Source: Minisyncoccota bacterium
Lineage (GTDB): Bacteria; Patescibacteriota; Minisyncoccia; Phycocordibacterales; DSPV01
Direction of reading: 5' to 3'
Assembly: GCA_041662545.1 (NCBI GenBank)
Contig: JBAZSH010000002.1
Location: forward strand, 2,239 to 66,238
DNA: 64,000 nucleotides
Shown here: positions 23,538-33,787 of the stretch, piece by piece
Numbering within the stretch: position 1 is the stretch's first letter
Layout: each line of letters begins with the position of its first letter
Notes under the pieces: model-generated
Databases searched by the model: none
What the model was told of the DNA's origin: nothing
What the model saw: the letters and a program-made list of their open reading frames with translations, nothing else
Made by a program: the position numbers and the translations under genes

Positions 23538-24950
23538 ATGGATCCACACTTACTTATAACCAATGTTATTTTTCTTATTGCCGTTGTGATAGCACTTGGC
23601 CTCGGGATTTATGTTTTGTTTTTGAATTGGCGCAAGACCGCCCGCTATTTATTTTCCCTCGCCTCACTTTCGGTAATTATCGCCATCATTGCTCACCTAG
23701 CTGGCACTAACGCCATTGACGCCGAAGCGTCGCGACAAGCTTTTTTTTGGACTTTAACGCTAATTCCAGCAGTTTTCTTTATTGCTCACTGCGGTTTGAT
23801 TTTGGTTAATAGAAATTTTGAGCAGCGGCGAGCGCTTGTTGTAATTTATTCTTCAGGCATCGCTCTGGTAATTTTTTTCTTGCTTTTTCCCTCCACTTTT
23901 CTTTTGCCATCAGTACCGACGGGGTTTAGTCCAAACTTTTATCAGCCCGGCGCTTTTTATTTAGTTTTCTGGTTTTATTTTTCTTTGGTCGCTTTTTACA
24001 TCTCATACCAAATGCTTGTTGCTTACAAAGTAGCTGACTTGGCCACCAAAGATAAAATAAAACATTTTTTTGTTCTAAAGCATTTTTTGATTTTTCTTTT
24101 TTTGGCCTTTCTCATTACCGGAGTGATTGGCTTAGCGATTTTTGTTGCCAACTCATTGACCGAAAGTTTACCGACAATTTCTCCGTTTGTAATTTACGGG
24201 ATATTTGGCTTAGTAATCGCTGGCTTAACTATGTCTTTTTTCCGGCGCGCGCAACTGGCCGACGCTTTGAAATATGAATTTATCGCCGTGGTAACCCATA
24301 AGTTGCGCGCGCCGGTAACCCATATCAAATGGGCTTTAAACGAATGGTCCAATGCTCGACAGGATTCCGATAAGGCCAAAATTATTGGGCAGGTTGAAAG
24401 TGCTAATAAGCGGCTTTTTGAATTAACCGATGTCTTGATGGGTTTGGTAAAAATTGATGCCGATGATTATCAATATAATTTTGAAAAAAGGGATTTGGCA
24501 AGTTTTGCTGACAACGCCCTAGAGGGTCTTTTCCTTAGAATAAAAGAAAAGGGAATTAATTTAGTAAAAAGTTATGAGAGCGGTTTGCCGGAAGTGTTGC
24601 TGGATGAAAAACGATTTCGTTTCGCTTTGCAAGTGATTGTGGAAAATGCCGTTAATTACACCAAACGAGATGGAACAGTTGAAATAAAATTGGCGCGCGA
24701 TAGCCGGACGGCCTCGGTTCTAATCTCGGTTAAAGACAGCGGTATCGGCATTACCAAAGAAGAATTGCCCCATTTGTTTTCCAAATTTTATCGAGCTGGT
24801 CGAGCGCGGACAGAAGACGGCGAAGGGATGGGTATCGGTTTGTATATGGTCAGAAAAATTGTGGAACGGCATAATGGTAAAGTTTGGGCTGAGTCAGCCG
24901 AAATTAACCACGGCGCTACCTTTTTCATTCGTCTTCCCGTAGGAGTGTAA
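23538..24950 (+). CDS. Sensor histidine kinase with N-terminal multi-TM (HisKA_7TM-like) domain
   Basis: THKLRAP H-box, ENAVNYT, DSGIGI, FSKFYR, GMGIGLY. Confidence 0.9.
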   Translation: MDPHLLITNVIFLIAVVIALGLGIYVLFLNWRKTARYLFSLASLSVIIAIIAHLAGTNAIDAEASRQAFFWTLTLIPAVFFIAHCGLILVNRNFEQRRALVVIYSSGIALVIFFLLFPSTFLLPSVPTGFSPNFYQPGAFYLVFWFYFSLVAFYISYQMLVAYKVADLATKDKIKHFFVLKHFLIFLFLAFLITGVIGLAIFVANSLTESLPTISPFVIYGIFGLVIAGLTMSFFRRAQLADALKYEFIAVVTHKLRAPVTHIKWALNEWSNARQDSDKAKIIGQVESANKRLFELTDVLMGLVKIDADDYQYNFEKRDLASFADNALEGLFLRIKEKGINLVKSYESGLPEVLLDEKRFRFALQVIVENAVNYTKRDGTVEIKLARDSRTASVLISVKDSGIGITKEELPHLFSKFYRAGRARTEDGEGMGIGLYMVRKIVERHNGKVWAESAEINHGATFFIRLPVGV

Positions 24951-24952
24951 AA

Positions 24953-26740
24953 ATGTCTGAAGAAAAATTAGAAAAACCAAAGATCAAGGCCGGCTTGTTG
25001 GCGATTTGGAAGTTCGCTCGGCCCTTTAAAAAACAGCTGACGATTTTAATTTTTCTCGGTGTGATTTCGGCTATCGCCAACGGTTCCGTACCTTTTGTCA
25101 CCGGTCGATTTTTTGATGCTCTTATCAACATTTCGCAACCCCAAACCACATCTTTCGGTTCTTTTCCGCTTTGGGGTCTGCTTTTGGCAATTTGGGCAAT
25201 CGTCCAACTTGTTGCCAACAATATTGATTGGATAATGGACTGGCTCCGTCGGAAAATTGACACTCGTATTCATTTCAACATCCAAACCGAGGGCTTCATC
25301 CATTTTTTTAAATTACCTTTATCTTTCCACAAAAATACTCACATTAGTGGCGATTTGCAAAAATTAAGCACTGCTGGTTGGCGCATTTCCTCTATCATGC
25401 AAATCTTAATCAATTTTGCCCCGCAATTTTTAAGTATTATTATTGGCATTGTTTTGGCGGCCAGTATCAATTTTTTGCTGGCGAAAATTCTGGTGCTTGG
25501 TGTGCTGTTGTATATTTGGTTGTTAATAAGAATTCTTTCACCTGCCGCGAAAATTGATTGGGCGGCGCACCGCGCTTGGAATCAAAGTTGGGACGATTCG
25601 GCAGCGGCGGTACTTCAAGTGGAAAGCGTTAAGCAAGCAGCAGCGGAAGAATATGAGGCAAGAAAAGTTCGAGGAGCTTTACTCGGCAAGACTTTTAATT
25701 TGTGGTACAAACTAGAAAAAATTTGGAGTAATGTTGGATTTTTTCAGAGGATGATTGTTTTTTTGACCCAATTGGCAGTTTTCATTTTGTCGGTGCAATT
25801 TGTTGCCAGTGGTAATCTGACTGTTGGTGAATTGGTGGCACTGAACGGCTACGCCATGATGTTTTTTGGGCCATTTGTTTCGCTCGGTTACAGCTGGCAA
25901 ACTATTCAAAACGGTATTAGCTCGGCGGCGCAGGCGGATGAAATTTTTCGCCAACCAATTGAAAATTACGCACCGGTCGGGGCGGTACTGAAAGTGCCGC
26001 TCAAAGGCGAAGTCAGATTTGATAAAGTTGGTTTTCGTTACACTTCTGATCAGCCTCAAGTACTTTCCGATATTTCTTTTTCTGTTCAACCCGGAAACAT
26101 TGTTGCTATGGTCGGCGAGTCGGGCGTCGGCAAAAGCACTGCTATTTCATTGATTTCCGGTTACAATTTTCCCACCGAAGGTGCAGTACTGATAGACGGC
26201 ATTGAAACGCAGAAATTGAATCTTACTAATTTAAGACAACAAATCGCCGTTGTGCCGCAGGAAGTGGCTTTGTTTAATGACACTATTAAAAATAATATCC
26301 GCTATGGCTCGTTCAGCGCGTCGGATGAAAAAATTTTCATTGCAGCGCGAGAAGCCCATATGGAAGAATTTATCAATACTTTACCGGAAAAATACGAAAC
26401 AACAGTGGGGGAAAGAGGTATAAAACTTTCGGTTGGTCAAAAGCAAAGGGTGGCCATTGCTCGGGCGATTTTGCGCGAACCAGCGATTTTGATTTTGGAC
26501 GAACCAACTAGTGCCTTAGATGCCAAAACCGAAAAAATTGTTACCGAGGCGTTGGAGAAATTAATGACTGGCCGGACAACTTTCATTATTGCTCACCGCT
26601 TGTCTACGGTCCGCAAAGCTAACGAAATTTTAGTTTTTGATAAAGGCAAAATTGTGGAGCAGGGCACTCACCAAGAATTAATTGCCAAAACCGGTGGCGT
26701 TTACCACCACCTCTACGAATACCAAATCGGGTTGCATTAA
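24953..26740 (+). CDS. ABC exporter, fused TMD-NBD (MsbA-like)
   Basis: GESGVGKST, LSVGQKQR, ILDEPTS, IAHRLST. Confidence 0.93.
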   Translation: MSEEKLEKPKIKAGLLAIWKFARPFKKQLTILIFLGVISAIANGSVPFVTGRFFDALINISQPQTTSFGSFPLWGLLLAIWAIVQLVANNIDWIMDWLRRKIDTRIHFNIQTEGFIHFFKLPLSFHKNTHISGDLQKLSTAGWRISSIMQILINFAPQFLSIIIGIVLAASINFLLAKILVLGVLLYIWLLIRILSPAAKIDWAAHRAWNQSWDDSAAAVLQVESVKQAAAEEYEARKVRGALLGKTFNLWYKLEKIWSNVGFFQRMIVFLTQLAVFILSVQFVASGNLTVGELVALNGYAMMFFGPFVSLGYSWQTIQNGISSAAQADEIFRQPIENYAPVGAVLKVPLKGEVRFDKVGFRYTSDQPQVLSDISFSVQPGNIVAMVGESGVGKSTAISLISGYNFPTEGAVLIDGIETQKLNLTNLRQQIAVVPQEVALFNDTIKNNIRYGSFSASDEKIFIAAREAHMEEFINTLPEKYETTVGERGIKLSVGQKQRVAIARAILREPAILILDEPTSALDAKTEKIVTEALEKLMTGRTTFIIAHRLSTVRKANEILVFDKGKIVEQGTHQELIAKTGGVYHHLYEYQIGLH

Positions 26741-26855
26741 GATATGCGGATTTCTGTGCCTTTTGCGGTAGAGAAATGTTATGATAAGAGAGCAAATGGT
26801 CTATTTTCGTCACATAAAGCATCGGGTATGAAGATTTAATTGTTGTTTTAATAAA

Positions 26856-28070
26856 ATGAAAAAAATATCTGAAGCGGTAAATTGGGTCAAAAAACATGGA
26901 CTTTTTCCGAATGTGCCCGTGGTTGAAAGTCCACACGCGCCGGAGGTTATTGTGAATGGCAAAAAAGTTTTAATGTTCGCCACAAACAATTATCTCGGAA
27001 TGATGAAGGACGAAAGGGTAATAGCGGCGGCAAAAGAAGGATTAGAAAAATGGGGTATCGGTAACGGTAGCGCTCGTCTGCTAACCGGCAATTTGTATTT
27101 TCATCAAGAGTTAGAAGACAAAATTGCTAAATTTAAAAACCGACCAGCTGGTTTATCTTTCGTTACCGGTTATATGGCAAATGCTGGTGCTATTCCACCC
27201 CTCGTCAATGTTTTCAAACCATCGCTGATGTCTCTTATTAGAGGTAAGATTCTGAAAGACAAAGAAACCATTGTTTTCAGTGATGAATATAATCACGCCA
27301 GTATTATCGCCGGAGTTCGTTTGAGCAAAGCAGAAAAAGAAATTTACAAACATTGCGATGTCGCCGACCTTGAAGAAAAGTTAAAAAAATATCCGCTCTC
27401 GCAAAGAAAACTTATTGTTTCCGATGGTGTTTTCAGTATGGACGGCGACATCGCTCCCCTGCCACAAATTTTGGAGCTGGCAAAAAAATACAAAGCGATG
27501 ACTTACATAGATGACGCTCACGCCACGGGAATTTTAGGTCCAAACGGCCGGGGTATTGAAGATTATTTTGGCGTTGAGGGTCAGACGGATGTGATAATGG
27601 GGACTTTCACAAAAGCTTTCGGTGGTGTTGGGGGGTTCGTTGTCAGTAGCCAAGATATAATTGACTATCTGAAAATCCGCGCTGATTCGTTCATTTTCAC
27701 CGCGCCAATTGCTCCGCCTATTGTTTACGGACTTATCAAAGCCATTGAGTTGGTAGAAAAAGAAACTTGGCGTCGGGAAAAATTACTTACGAACGCGAAG
27801 TATCTTAGAGAAAAATTAACCGAGTTTGGAATTGATTTCCGAAATTCGCAGACCCAAATCATTCCGATAATGATCGGTGACGAAAAGAAAGCTATGAAAG
27901 CGAGCGAAGAACTTCTCAAAAACGGAATCTTCGTTCCCGCCGCCCGCTGGCCAGCCGTGCCACTCGGCCAAGCCCGCCTCCGCGTGACAGTAACTTCCGA
28001 ACATACACAAGAGCAGATAGACCAATTGGTTATAAATCTGAAAAAAATAAAAGCTAATGTAAAGTTTTAG
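26856..28070 (+). CDS. PLP-dependent alpha-oxoamine synthase (BioF/Kbl/SPT/CqsA family)
   Basis: NNYLG, GSARLLTG, NHASII, DGVFSMDGD, DDAH, GTFTKAFG. Confidence 0.9.
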   Translation: MKKISEAVNWVKKHGLFPNVPVVESPHAPEVIVNGKKVLMFATNNYLGMMKDERVIAAAKEGLEKWGIGNGSARLLTGNLYFHQELEDKIAKFKNRPAGLSFVTGYMANAGAIPPLVNVFKPSLMSLIRGKILKDKETIVFSDEYNHASIIAGVRLSKAEKEIYKHCDVADLEEKLKKYPLSQRKLIVSDGVFSMDGDIAPLPQILELAKKYKAMTYIDDAHATGILGPNGRGIEDYFGVEGQTDVIMGTFTKAFGGVGGFVVSSQDIIDYLKIRADSFIFTAPIAPPIVYGLIKAIELVEKETWRREKLLTNAKYLREKLTEFGIDFRNSQTQIIPIMIGDEKKAMKASEELLKNGIFVPAARWPAVPLGQARLRVTVTSEHTQEQIDQLVINLKKIKANVKF

Positions 28071-28150
28071 GCGGAAAAATATTACCTAAAAAAATCTCAA
28101 ACTCTCCTCCGCGATTTTCATCAAATCCTCTTTTTGTTTCTGTCCCATAC

Positions 28151-28199
28151 TTTTTTAAAGTTTTTAATTGGTAAGTTTTCTAATAGGGGTATTATCCAC
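28151..28199 (-). repeat. 49-bp repeat, copy A (minus-strand -10 box plus leader)
   Basis: 44/49 identical to 36940-36988, first 29 bp identical. Confidence 0.85.
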
Positions 28200-28225
28200 C
28201 ACAGAAGCTGGAATCAGCTAGCTAA

Positions 28226-28321
28226 TTGACAAAAATAAGACAATTATTGTAAAGTGATAATCGGCAAAAGAGGCCACGGTGGTTTCTTTTAATCCAAGTT
28301 CTTTAACATTTTTTCAAAGGA
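28226..28321 (+). promoter_or_regulatory. Duplicated promoter-hairpin-boxA-SD leader, copy 1
   Basis: 28230-28321 is 89/92 identical to the reverse complement of 33788-33879. Confidence 0.85.
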
Positions 28322-28330
28322 GGTGTCGTC

Positions 28331-30913
28331 ATGTTCAAAGTCAATTCGAATGATGTGTGGTCAATTACTAACGAGCGACATAATGCCAGTCCGTTATTGG
28401 GATTTCTTCCCTTGTTTTCTTCGATGACAATCGATATTGAGAAAATCCTTAACGTGGGTCTTAATTTAGAGTTTCTCGTTGAATTTTCCAATCGTCATGT
28501 CAGAATGGCGGCCGTAGCGTCGCATTGGGAAAAAGCAGGTTTGCTCACTGTCGAGAAGCTTAATGCTGTTGAGTTTGTGGACCAAATTACAAATGGTCTC
28601 GCAAATGGAACGGTTAATCTTAATCGTCTAGGCGACTTTCTTTATTTTGCTGATTTTTCAAAGTTTACGGATCACAATCTCGCAAAAGAGATTTCCGTAA
28701 TGGTAGATGTACTCGGTGATTTTATTGTTTTTAACAATATTATCAATACATCCGATTTTTACCATGAAGTATTCACTCGCAAAATATTGGAGTGTTTACG
28801 AACTTCTTTGGGTGTCGCTTCGTCTCTTAAAGCAGAGACAGTGTACTCTGTTTTAACAACTCCCGAGAAGACTGTGTGGATACAGGAAGAGGAGACCAGT
28901 TTGCTTGAAATTCTTACTCTGGTCTGTAAAAATCCTCGCCTTGTGTCTCTTGCGCATGATGAAAAATTAGATGAATTTTTCCATGGCGTCAGCAACATGT
29001 TTGGGTCGGAACTTGAGATGCATGTTAAAAAGTACTTCTGGATTCGGTACGAACAGGAAGGAGAAATTCTTTCTGGCAAACATTTTTGCAATGAACTAGC
29101 CAAAATGTTACGCGACGGAGTTGATGCTACAAACGCTTTAAATTCTGTTAATGAGAGAAGATTGCGTGCTAAAGAGCAATTTGACTCAATTAACTCGACG
29201 GTTGTTTTCAATTCCGAAGCAAAGCACTTACTTGAGGTAGCTCGTAAATTCGTTTACTGGAAACTTCATTTAAGAGAGGTGAAGGTACGATTTTATTGCT
29301 GCGCAGACAAGTTATTGGATGAGGCAGCAAAAAGGCTTAACCTGAACCGCTACCAAGTACGACACTTGACTGTCGAAGAGCTAACTGGTGCATTGTGCGG
29401 GACAATTCAACTGGATACTGTCTCCTTGGATAAGAGAATGGAATACAGCGTATTTTATTTTGCCTCGGGGTGTATTACAGTTTACGAAGGCCAGGATGCT
29501 CGGGATATTTTTAGTGTTGTCAAACAGGAATCTGTTGTTACCACAGATAGTGTTAGTGGTGTTTGTGCCTTTCCTGGTTTAGCGGAAGGCGTGGTAAAAC
29601 AAGTTCTTGATGTGAGTGATGGGGATAATTTTCTTCGAGGAAGTATCCTTGTTGCTTATATGACAGATGTTGGCGTTGTACCTGCTATGAAAAAAGCGAG
29701 TGCGATTGTCACAGATGTTGGCGGAGTTACATGTCACGCCTCAATCATTGCTCGTGAATTTGGTATTCCGTGTCTCATCGGAACAAAAATCGGAACCAAG
29801 GTTCTTCTGGATGGATATACCGCACGAGTGAATGCCACGGAGGGTTTTTCTAAGGTTTTATCCAAAGACGTTAATCCTCAAAAAGCATTAACTGCAAACT
29901 TAGCCGGAGATGAAGACTTGATCGTTTGTAACTTTCAGATTCCCGTGTCTGGTTTTTCAAGAAAAGAAGCCAGTCATGTTCGGAGTCTCCAAAAAACTCT
30001 TTCAAGTGATGTGCAAATCGCAGGAGGAAAAGGTGCTTCATTGGGGCAAATGCTACAATTGAGTTTACCTGTTCCAAAAGGGTTTGTCGTCCTAACATCA
30101 GCTTTCGAAGAGGTTTTCTTTGGAACCGAATACGGCGCGCGCATAAATCAACTTCTTCTTGAAATTCGTGATCAGCGCTCTCTGCGCCGAGTTTCGAAAA
30201 TGATTCAAGAGTTGGTTATCAATGTGGAAATTCCTTTCCAAATTGAACATGACATCAGGGATTCCTTTGCAGATCTGCCCTTTGACTATGTTGCGGTTCG
30301 TAGCTCGGCAACTTCCGAAGACTCGGCCACAGCATCTTGGGCGGGTCAACTTGATAGTTTTCTCAACACCACTCATGACGACTTATTACTTAATATTCGT
30401 CAGTGTTGGGCATCACTCTTTTCGGATCGTGCCATTTCGTATCGTATTCATTGCGATTCGAAAGACATGTCCGTTGCCGTTGTGGTTCAAGGAATGCTTG
30501 ATAGTCGAATTTCGGGAACTGCATTCTCTGTGCATCCGGTTACAGGACAGAGCGATGTCATTCTCATCGAGAGCTGTATTGGTCTTGGTGAGACGCTCGT
30601 TCTCGGAAAAGAGATGCCAACCACATTCCTTGTGAAAAAAGATAGTTTAGCTATCTCTCATAAGGATGTCGGTGAACAGAAAAATGGTTTGAGGCGTTCT
30701 GCCAACGGAAAGGGAAATGAGTTGTTTGTGGTGGATTTTACTATGCAGCCTCTTTCCGATTTGGAAGCAAAAGAAGTAGCTCGACTCGTCATTGATGTTG
30801 AGCAAAAATTTGGCTTCCCTGTTGATGTTGAGTGGGCGTACGAAGGGAATTGTCTTTGCTTACTGCAAAGTCGTCCCATCACTACAACGTCAAAGATTCC
30901 AAAAGTTCAATAA
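28331..30913 (+). CDS. PEP-utilizing/dikinase-type phosphotransferase with permuted domain order
   Basis: Central phospho-His domain GGVTCHASIIAREFGIP, then ATP-grasp GGKGASLG, VAVRSSA, DVEWA, LLQSRPIT. Confidence 0.85.
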   Translation: MFKVNSNDVWSITNERHNASPLLGFLPLFSSMTIDIEKILNVGLNLEFLVEFSNRHVRMAAVASHWEKAGLLTVEKLNAVEFVDQITNGLANGTVNLNRLGDFLYFADFSKFTDHNLAKEISVMVDVLGDFIVFNNIINTSDFYHEVFTRKILECLRTSLGVASSLKAETVYSVLTTPEKTVWIQEEETSLLEILTLVCKNPRLVSLAHDEKLDEFFHGVSNMFGSELEMHVKKYFWIRYEQEGEILSGKHFCNELAKMLRDGVDATNALNSVNERRLRAKEQFDSINSTVVFNSEAKHLLEVARKFVYWKLHLREVKVRFYCCADKLLDEAAKRLNLNRYQVRHLTVEELTGALCGTIQLDTVSLDKRMEYSVFYFASGCITVYEGQDARDIFSVVKQESVVTTDSVSGVCAFPGLAEGVVKQVLDVSDGDNFLRGSILVAYMTDVGVVPAMKKASAIVTDVGGVTCHASIIAREFGIPCLIGTKIGTKVLLDGYTARVNATEGFSKVLSKDVNPQKALTANLAGDEDLIVCNFQIPVSGFSRKEASHVRSLQKTLSSDVQIAGGKGASLGQMLQLSLPVPKGFVVLTSAFEEVFFGTEYGARINQLLLEIRDQRSLRRVSKMIQELVINVEIPFQIEHDIRDSFADLPFDYVAVRSSATSEDSATASWAGQLDSFLNTTHDDLLLNIRQCWASLFSDRAISYRIHCDSKDMSVAVVVQGMLDSRISGTAFSVHPVTGQSDVILIESCIGLGETLVLGKEMPTTFLVKKDSLAISHKDVGEQKNGLRRSANGKGNELFVVDFTMQPLSDLEAKEVARLVIDVEQKFGFPVDVEWAYEGNCLCLLQSRPITTTSKIPKVQ

Positions 30914-30918
30914 ACCAA

Positions 30919-30956
30919 AGCCGGTGTATCGCAAAGATACATCGGTTCTTTTTTAT
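30919..30956 (+). terminator. Intrinsic terminator
   Basis: AGCCGGTGTATC-GCAAA-GATACATCGGTT then T run. Confidence 0.8.
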
Positions 30957-31040
30957 TTTTTTGTTATGTAAATGTTTGGATTTATGATAAAATAACTAAA
31001 TAGATTATGTAAAATTTTAATATGATTTTTATTTTTGAAT

Positions 31041-31661
31041 ATGAATATTTATCTTATTAGACATGGAGAAAGTACTTCTGATATAAAAAATAAGTATGAT
31101 GGTGATTATGACGACCGTTTGACCGAAAGTGGACTCCAAGACGCCAAGATTATTGCTAAAAAACTAAATGGGAGCAACATTGAAGTTGTTTTTACGAGTC
31201 CAAAAATTCGTGCACGCGAAACATCAAAAATTATCAGCGAGGTTCTTGGTTGTAAAACTTCCATAGTGGACGATCTTGCCGAGCAGGATATTTATGGTGC
31301 ATATTTGGAGCTTGGTAAAAATCAGCCGGAAGAAGAATACAGAAGACTTGGTGAGATTCTTGTAAATCGAGACAATGTCGTTGAAGGTTCTGAAACATAC
31401 AAAAATTTTAAAGAACGCGTAATAAAATGTTTTTTTGACATTACGCATCAATCGTTTGAGAATATTGCAATTGTGACGCATGGCGGATCGATTCGTTGCA
31501 TTTTTCGAGAAATACTCACATTGGGTGAATTCAAGGAGATTGGTAATGGCGCAATAATCGAACTCAAAAAAGAAGGTTCTGCGTTGTCGGTCGTGAATAT
31601 GGATCACGCCATTTTAAAGCAGAGCGTTTTGACTGGTATCGGCCAAGATGTTAAAAATTGA
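31041..31661 (+). CDS. Histidine phosphatase family protein
   Basis: LIRHGES, SPKIRARET, VTHGG. Confidence 0.9.
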   Translation: MNIYLIRHGESTSDIKNKYDGDYDDRLTESGLQDAKIIAKKLNGSNIEVVFTSPKIRARETSKIISEVLGCKTSIVDDLAEQDIYGAYLELGKNQPEEEYRRLGEILVNRDNVVEGSETYKNFKERVIKCFFDITHQSFENIAIVTHGGSIRCIFREILTLGEFKEIGNGAIIELKKEGSALSVVNMDHAILKQSVLTGIGQDVKN

Positions 31662-31673
31662 AAGACTTTTTAT

Positions 31674-31711
31674 AAAAGAAAAAACCGATGCATCTTTCGA
31701 CACATCGGTTT
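31674..31711 (-). terminator. Intrinsic terminator homologous to 30919-30956
   Basis: Minus strand AAACCGATGTGTC-GAAA-GATGCATCGGTTT then TTTCTTTT. Confidence 0.75.
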
Positions 31712-31760
31712 AAATTATCATCTACGATAGATATCGTGAGTGATTATTTTTAACAAAAAC

Positions 31761-32807
31761 TCAAAGTGGAACGTAATCTTCTTGAAACCCAAACCTTCTT
31801 GGTCCAAGCAATTCGATTCCTTTGTCTGTTTTCCATATCGGAAGCGCTGGCGTTCCAAATACTAGGACATTGATCCCCAATTGCAGGGAGCTATTGGAAA
31901 TGGGCAAGAGTGAGTCGGAATCTATGATCGATATCGAATCGGGTACGCTACAAAGGCATTTTTCACCACAAAACAAAATGATGTTTTCATTTTTGTAATG
32001 TATTGTGAACTTCTTGCCCTCAAATGCTCCCGATCCGCTTATTTGAGTTACCCCAGATAGAAATCCAGGTTCATCTTTAAACGCGTTGCTTCCAACTTTC
32101 CCCGTGACCAGTAATCTTGAATTACATTTTTCACCGAGAGCATTGATAAGCTCCGCTTCACTTTTGCAAGTGAGGATTGCGTCGCCTGTCAAAATCGACC
32201 GAGACATTGTTCCTGGTGGCAGTATCAATTGAGCATCAGCATTGCGAATGGGTCTGCTTGCTATGTAGCAATATCCTCCGGAAGCAACCGCAAAAGCTCG
32301 GTAAACACTTTCTAAGATGGCCCCGTTTTTTGAATCCTTCACTATAAGCACATCTGATTGATCATTAACAACAATTACAGGGGTTGAATTGATATTCAAA
32401 ATCCCGTATATGTCCATATCTTCTTCGGGGACTGCTCTGCCGCCAACCATATCTGTGTCTACAAGTGATATGTTTTTCTTGCTCGCTGTCCATACAGCGT
32501 TTATTTCAGAACCTATTTCACCGGGTATTACACCTTTAATGCTCACTCCCAGATGCTGTTCTAAACATTCTATCGCTAATAGGAAAGTTTTGTACTCTTT
32601 CTTGCTGTGGCCACTTGCTCCTATTGCATAGACCGTACAAAGCCAGTCATCGTCGGAAAGCTCGTCTAAAGATACAAGGCTTACATTTTCAACATTACTC
32701 GAGTTCATTAGTTCGATGCTGTTTTTGTAAGGAACACCTCCCCCACAAGAGAAAAATGATGAGCCAATGAAAAGACCCTTGTAATTACTTCTACTTAGCG
32801 TGATCAT
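31761..32807 (-). CDS. DUF917 family protein
   Basis: CGGG, EIGS.IN, DTDMVGGRAVPE, YKNEN, VPDSI motifs. Confidence 0.8.
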   Translation of the reverse strand: MITLSRSNYKGLFIGSSFFSCGGGVPYKNSIELMNSSNVENVSLVSLDELSDDDWLCTVYAIGASGHSKKEYKTFLLAIECLEQHLGVSIKGVIPGEIGSEINAVWTASKKNISLVDTDMVGGRAVPEEDMDIYGILNINSTPVIVVNDQSDVLIVKDSKNGAILESVYRAFAVASGGYCYIASRPIRNADAQLILPPGTMSRSILTGDAILTCKSEAELINALGEKCNSRLLVTGKVGSNAFKDEPGFLSGVTQISGSGAFEGKKFTIHYKNENIILFCGEKCLCSVPDSISIIDSDSLLPISNSSLQLGINVLVFGTPALPIWKTDKGIELLGPRRFGFQEDYVPL

Positions 32808-33778
32808 GATTTCTCCTTGTCGTTGGATGTTTCCACTGACTTCAAATTCATAACGAAAACCCTTCGTTTTTTGAAGCCCAGTGTATCGAGTGACGCCATC
32901 AAATCAAGTGAGACATTTCTTTCCGTAAAAGGATGAATTGTCACACAAGAAATATCTTGCATTGCCAAATATTTTGCCGAAGACAATATGAGCGACCTGA
33001 TAACCGTAGATGCTTCTTTTGAACGATCAATGAAGATGCGTTCAAGGGTTGCCTTACTTGTTGGCTTATGAGCAGATGCTGTTATCAAACCAACAAGAGA
33101 GTCATTTAAAAAAGCACCGTGGATTACTTGCGCCAAATCAAGACTTGGCGTGTCTTGGTGATTCAAATCAGAGATTAGTATGCTTAAAAAGTTGGCATAC
33201 ATTGCTTGGCCTGTATCGCTTATGCCGATCTTCTTGATTTGAAATCCGCCTTCTTCTGATTCACAATTTACGAGCTTAGGCTGATTTACGTACCACTGCG
33301 TCAAAATTCCTTCAGAATAATGATGTTGGGTTAGTAAACTAGACATTGCCGTGTTTGTGGTGTGACAAAATGAGCGAAGTGTTTTTATGCCAACTCTTGT
33401 TGCGCGATTTTCGAATTCGTTGAGTAATTTACTGGCAATACCTTGTTTTCGGAAGCCTTCCTTAACGTGAATATTTTCCAAGGTAGCAATTCGTTCTTTG
33501 TCAAAGATGGCTAATAAAAATCCTACAATATCCTTTTTTTGATTTATAGCCACCAGCATTGAGCCATCTTTTTCCGTGGCCCAATTTTGCAACGCTTCTT
33601 CTGACCAGAAAATGATTTCATAGCCAGTCGCAAATTCCTGCGTGTTTTGTCCAGCTTGCATTACGTATGCAAGATGTTTTTCGGTGCAAAAATCCTCAAT
33701 AGTTACACTATTAAGGGAAGTATAATCAGTACTCATTTTGATGGCCTCGTTTCCACAGTTTGGATTGATTTCAGACAT
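32804..33778 (-). CDS. GNAT acetyltransferase (tandem GNAT-like)
   Basis: IHVKEGFRKQGIASKLL acetyl-CoA motif; degenerate second domain. Confidence 0.8.
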   Translation of the reverse strand: MSEINPNCGNEAIKMSTDYTSLNSVTIEDFCTEKHLAYVMQAGQNTQEFATGYEIIFWSEEALQNWATEKDGSMLVAINQKKDIVGFLLAIFDKERIATLENIHVKEGFRKQGIASKLLNEFENRATRVGIKTLRSFCHTTNTAMSSLLTQHHYSEGILTQWYVNQPKLVNCESEEGGFQIKKIGISDTGQAMYANFLSILISDLNHQDTPSLDLAQVIHGAFLNDSLVGLITASAHKPTSKATLERIFIDRSKEASTVIRSLILSSAKYLAMQDISCVTIHPFTERNVSLDLMASLDTLGFKKRRVFVMNLKSVETSNDKEKS

Positions 33779-33787
33779 AGTAAAGTT

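Noticed and set aside
26856-28070. Calling this gene bioF or cqsA
   Set aside because: Family motifs do not resolve substrate; symbol withheld
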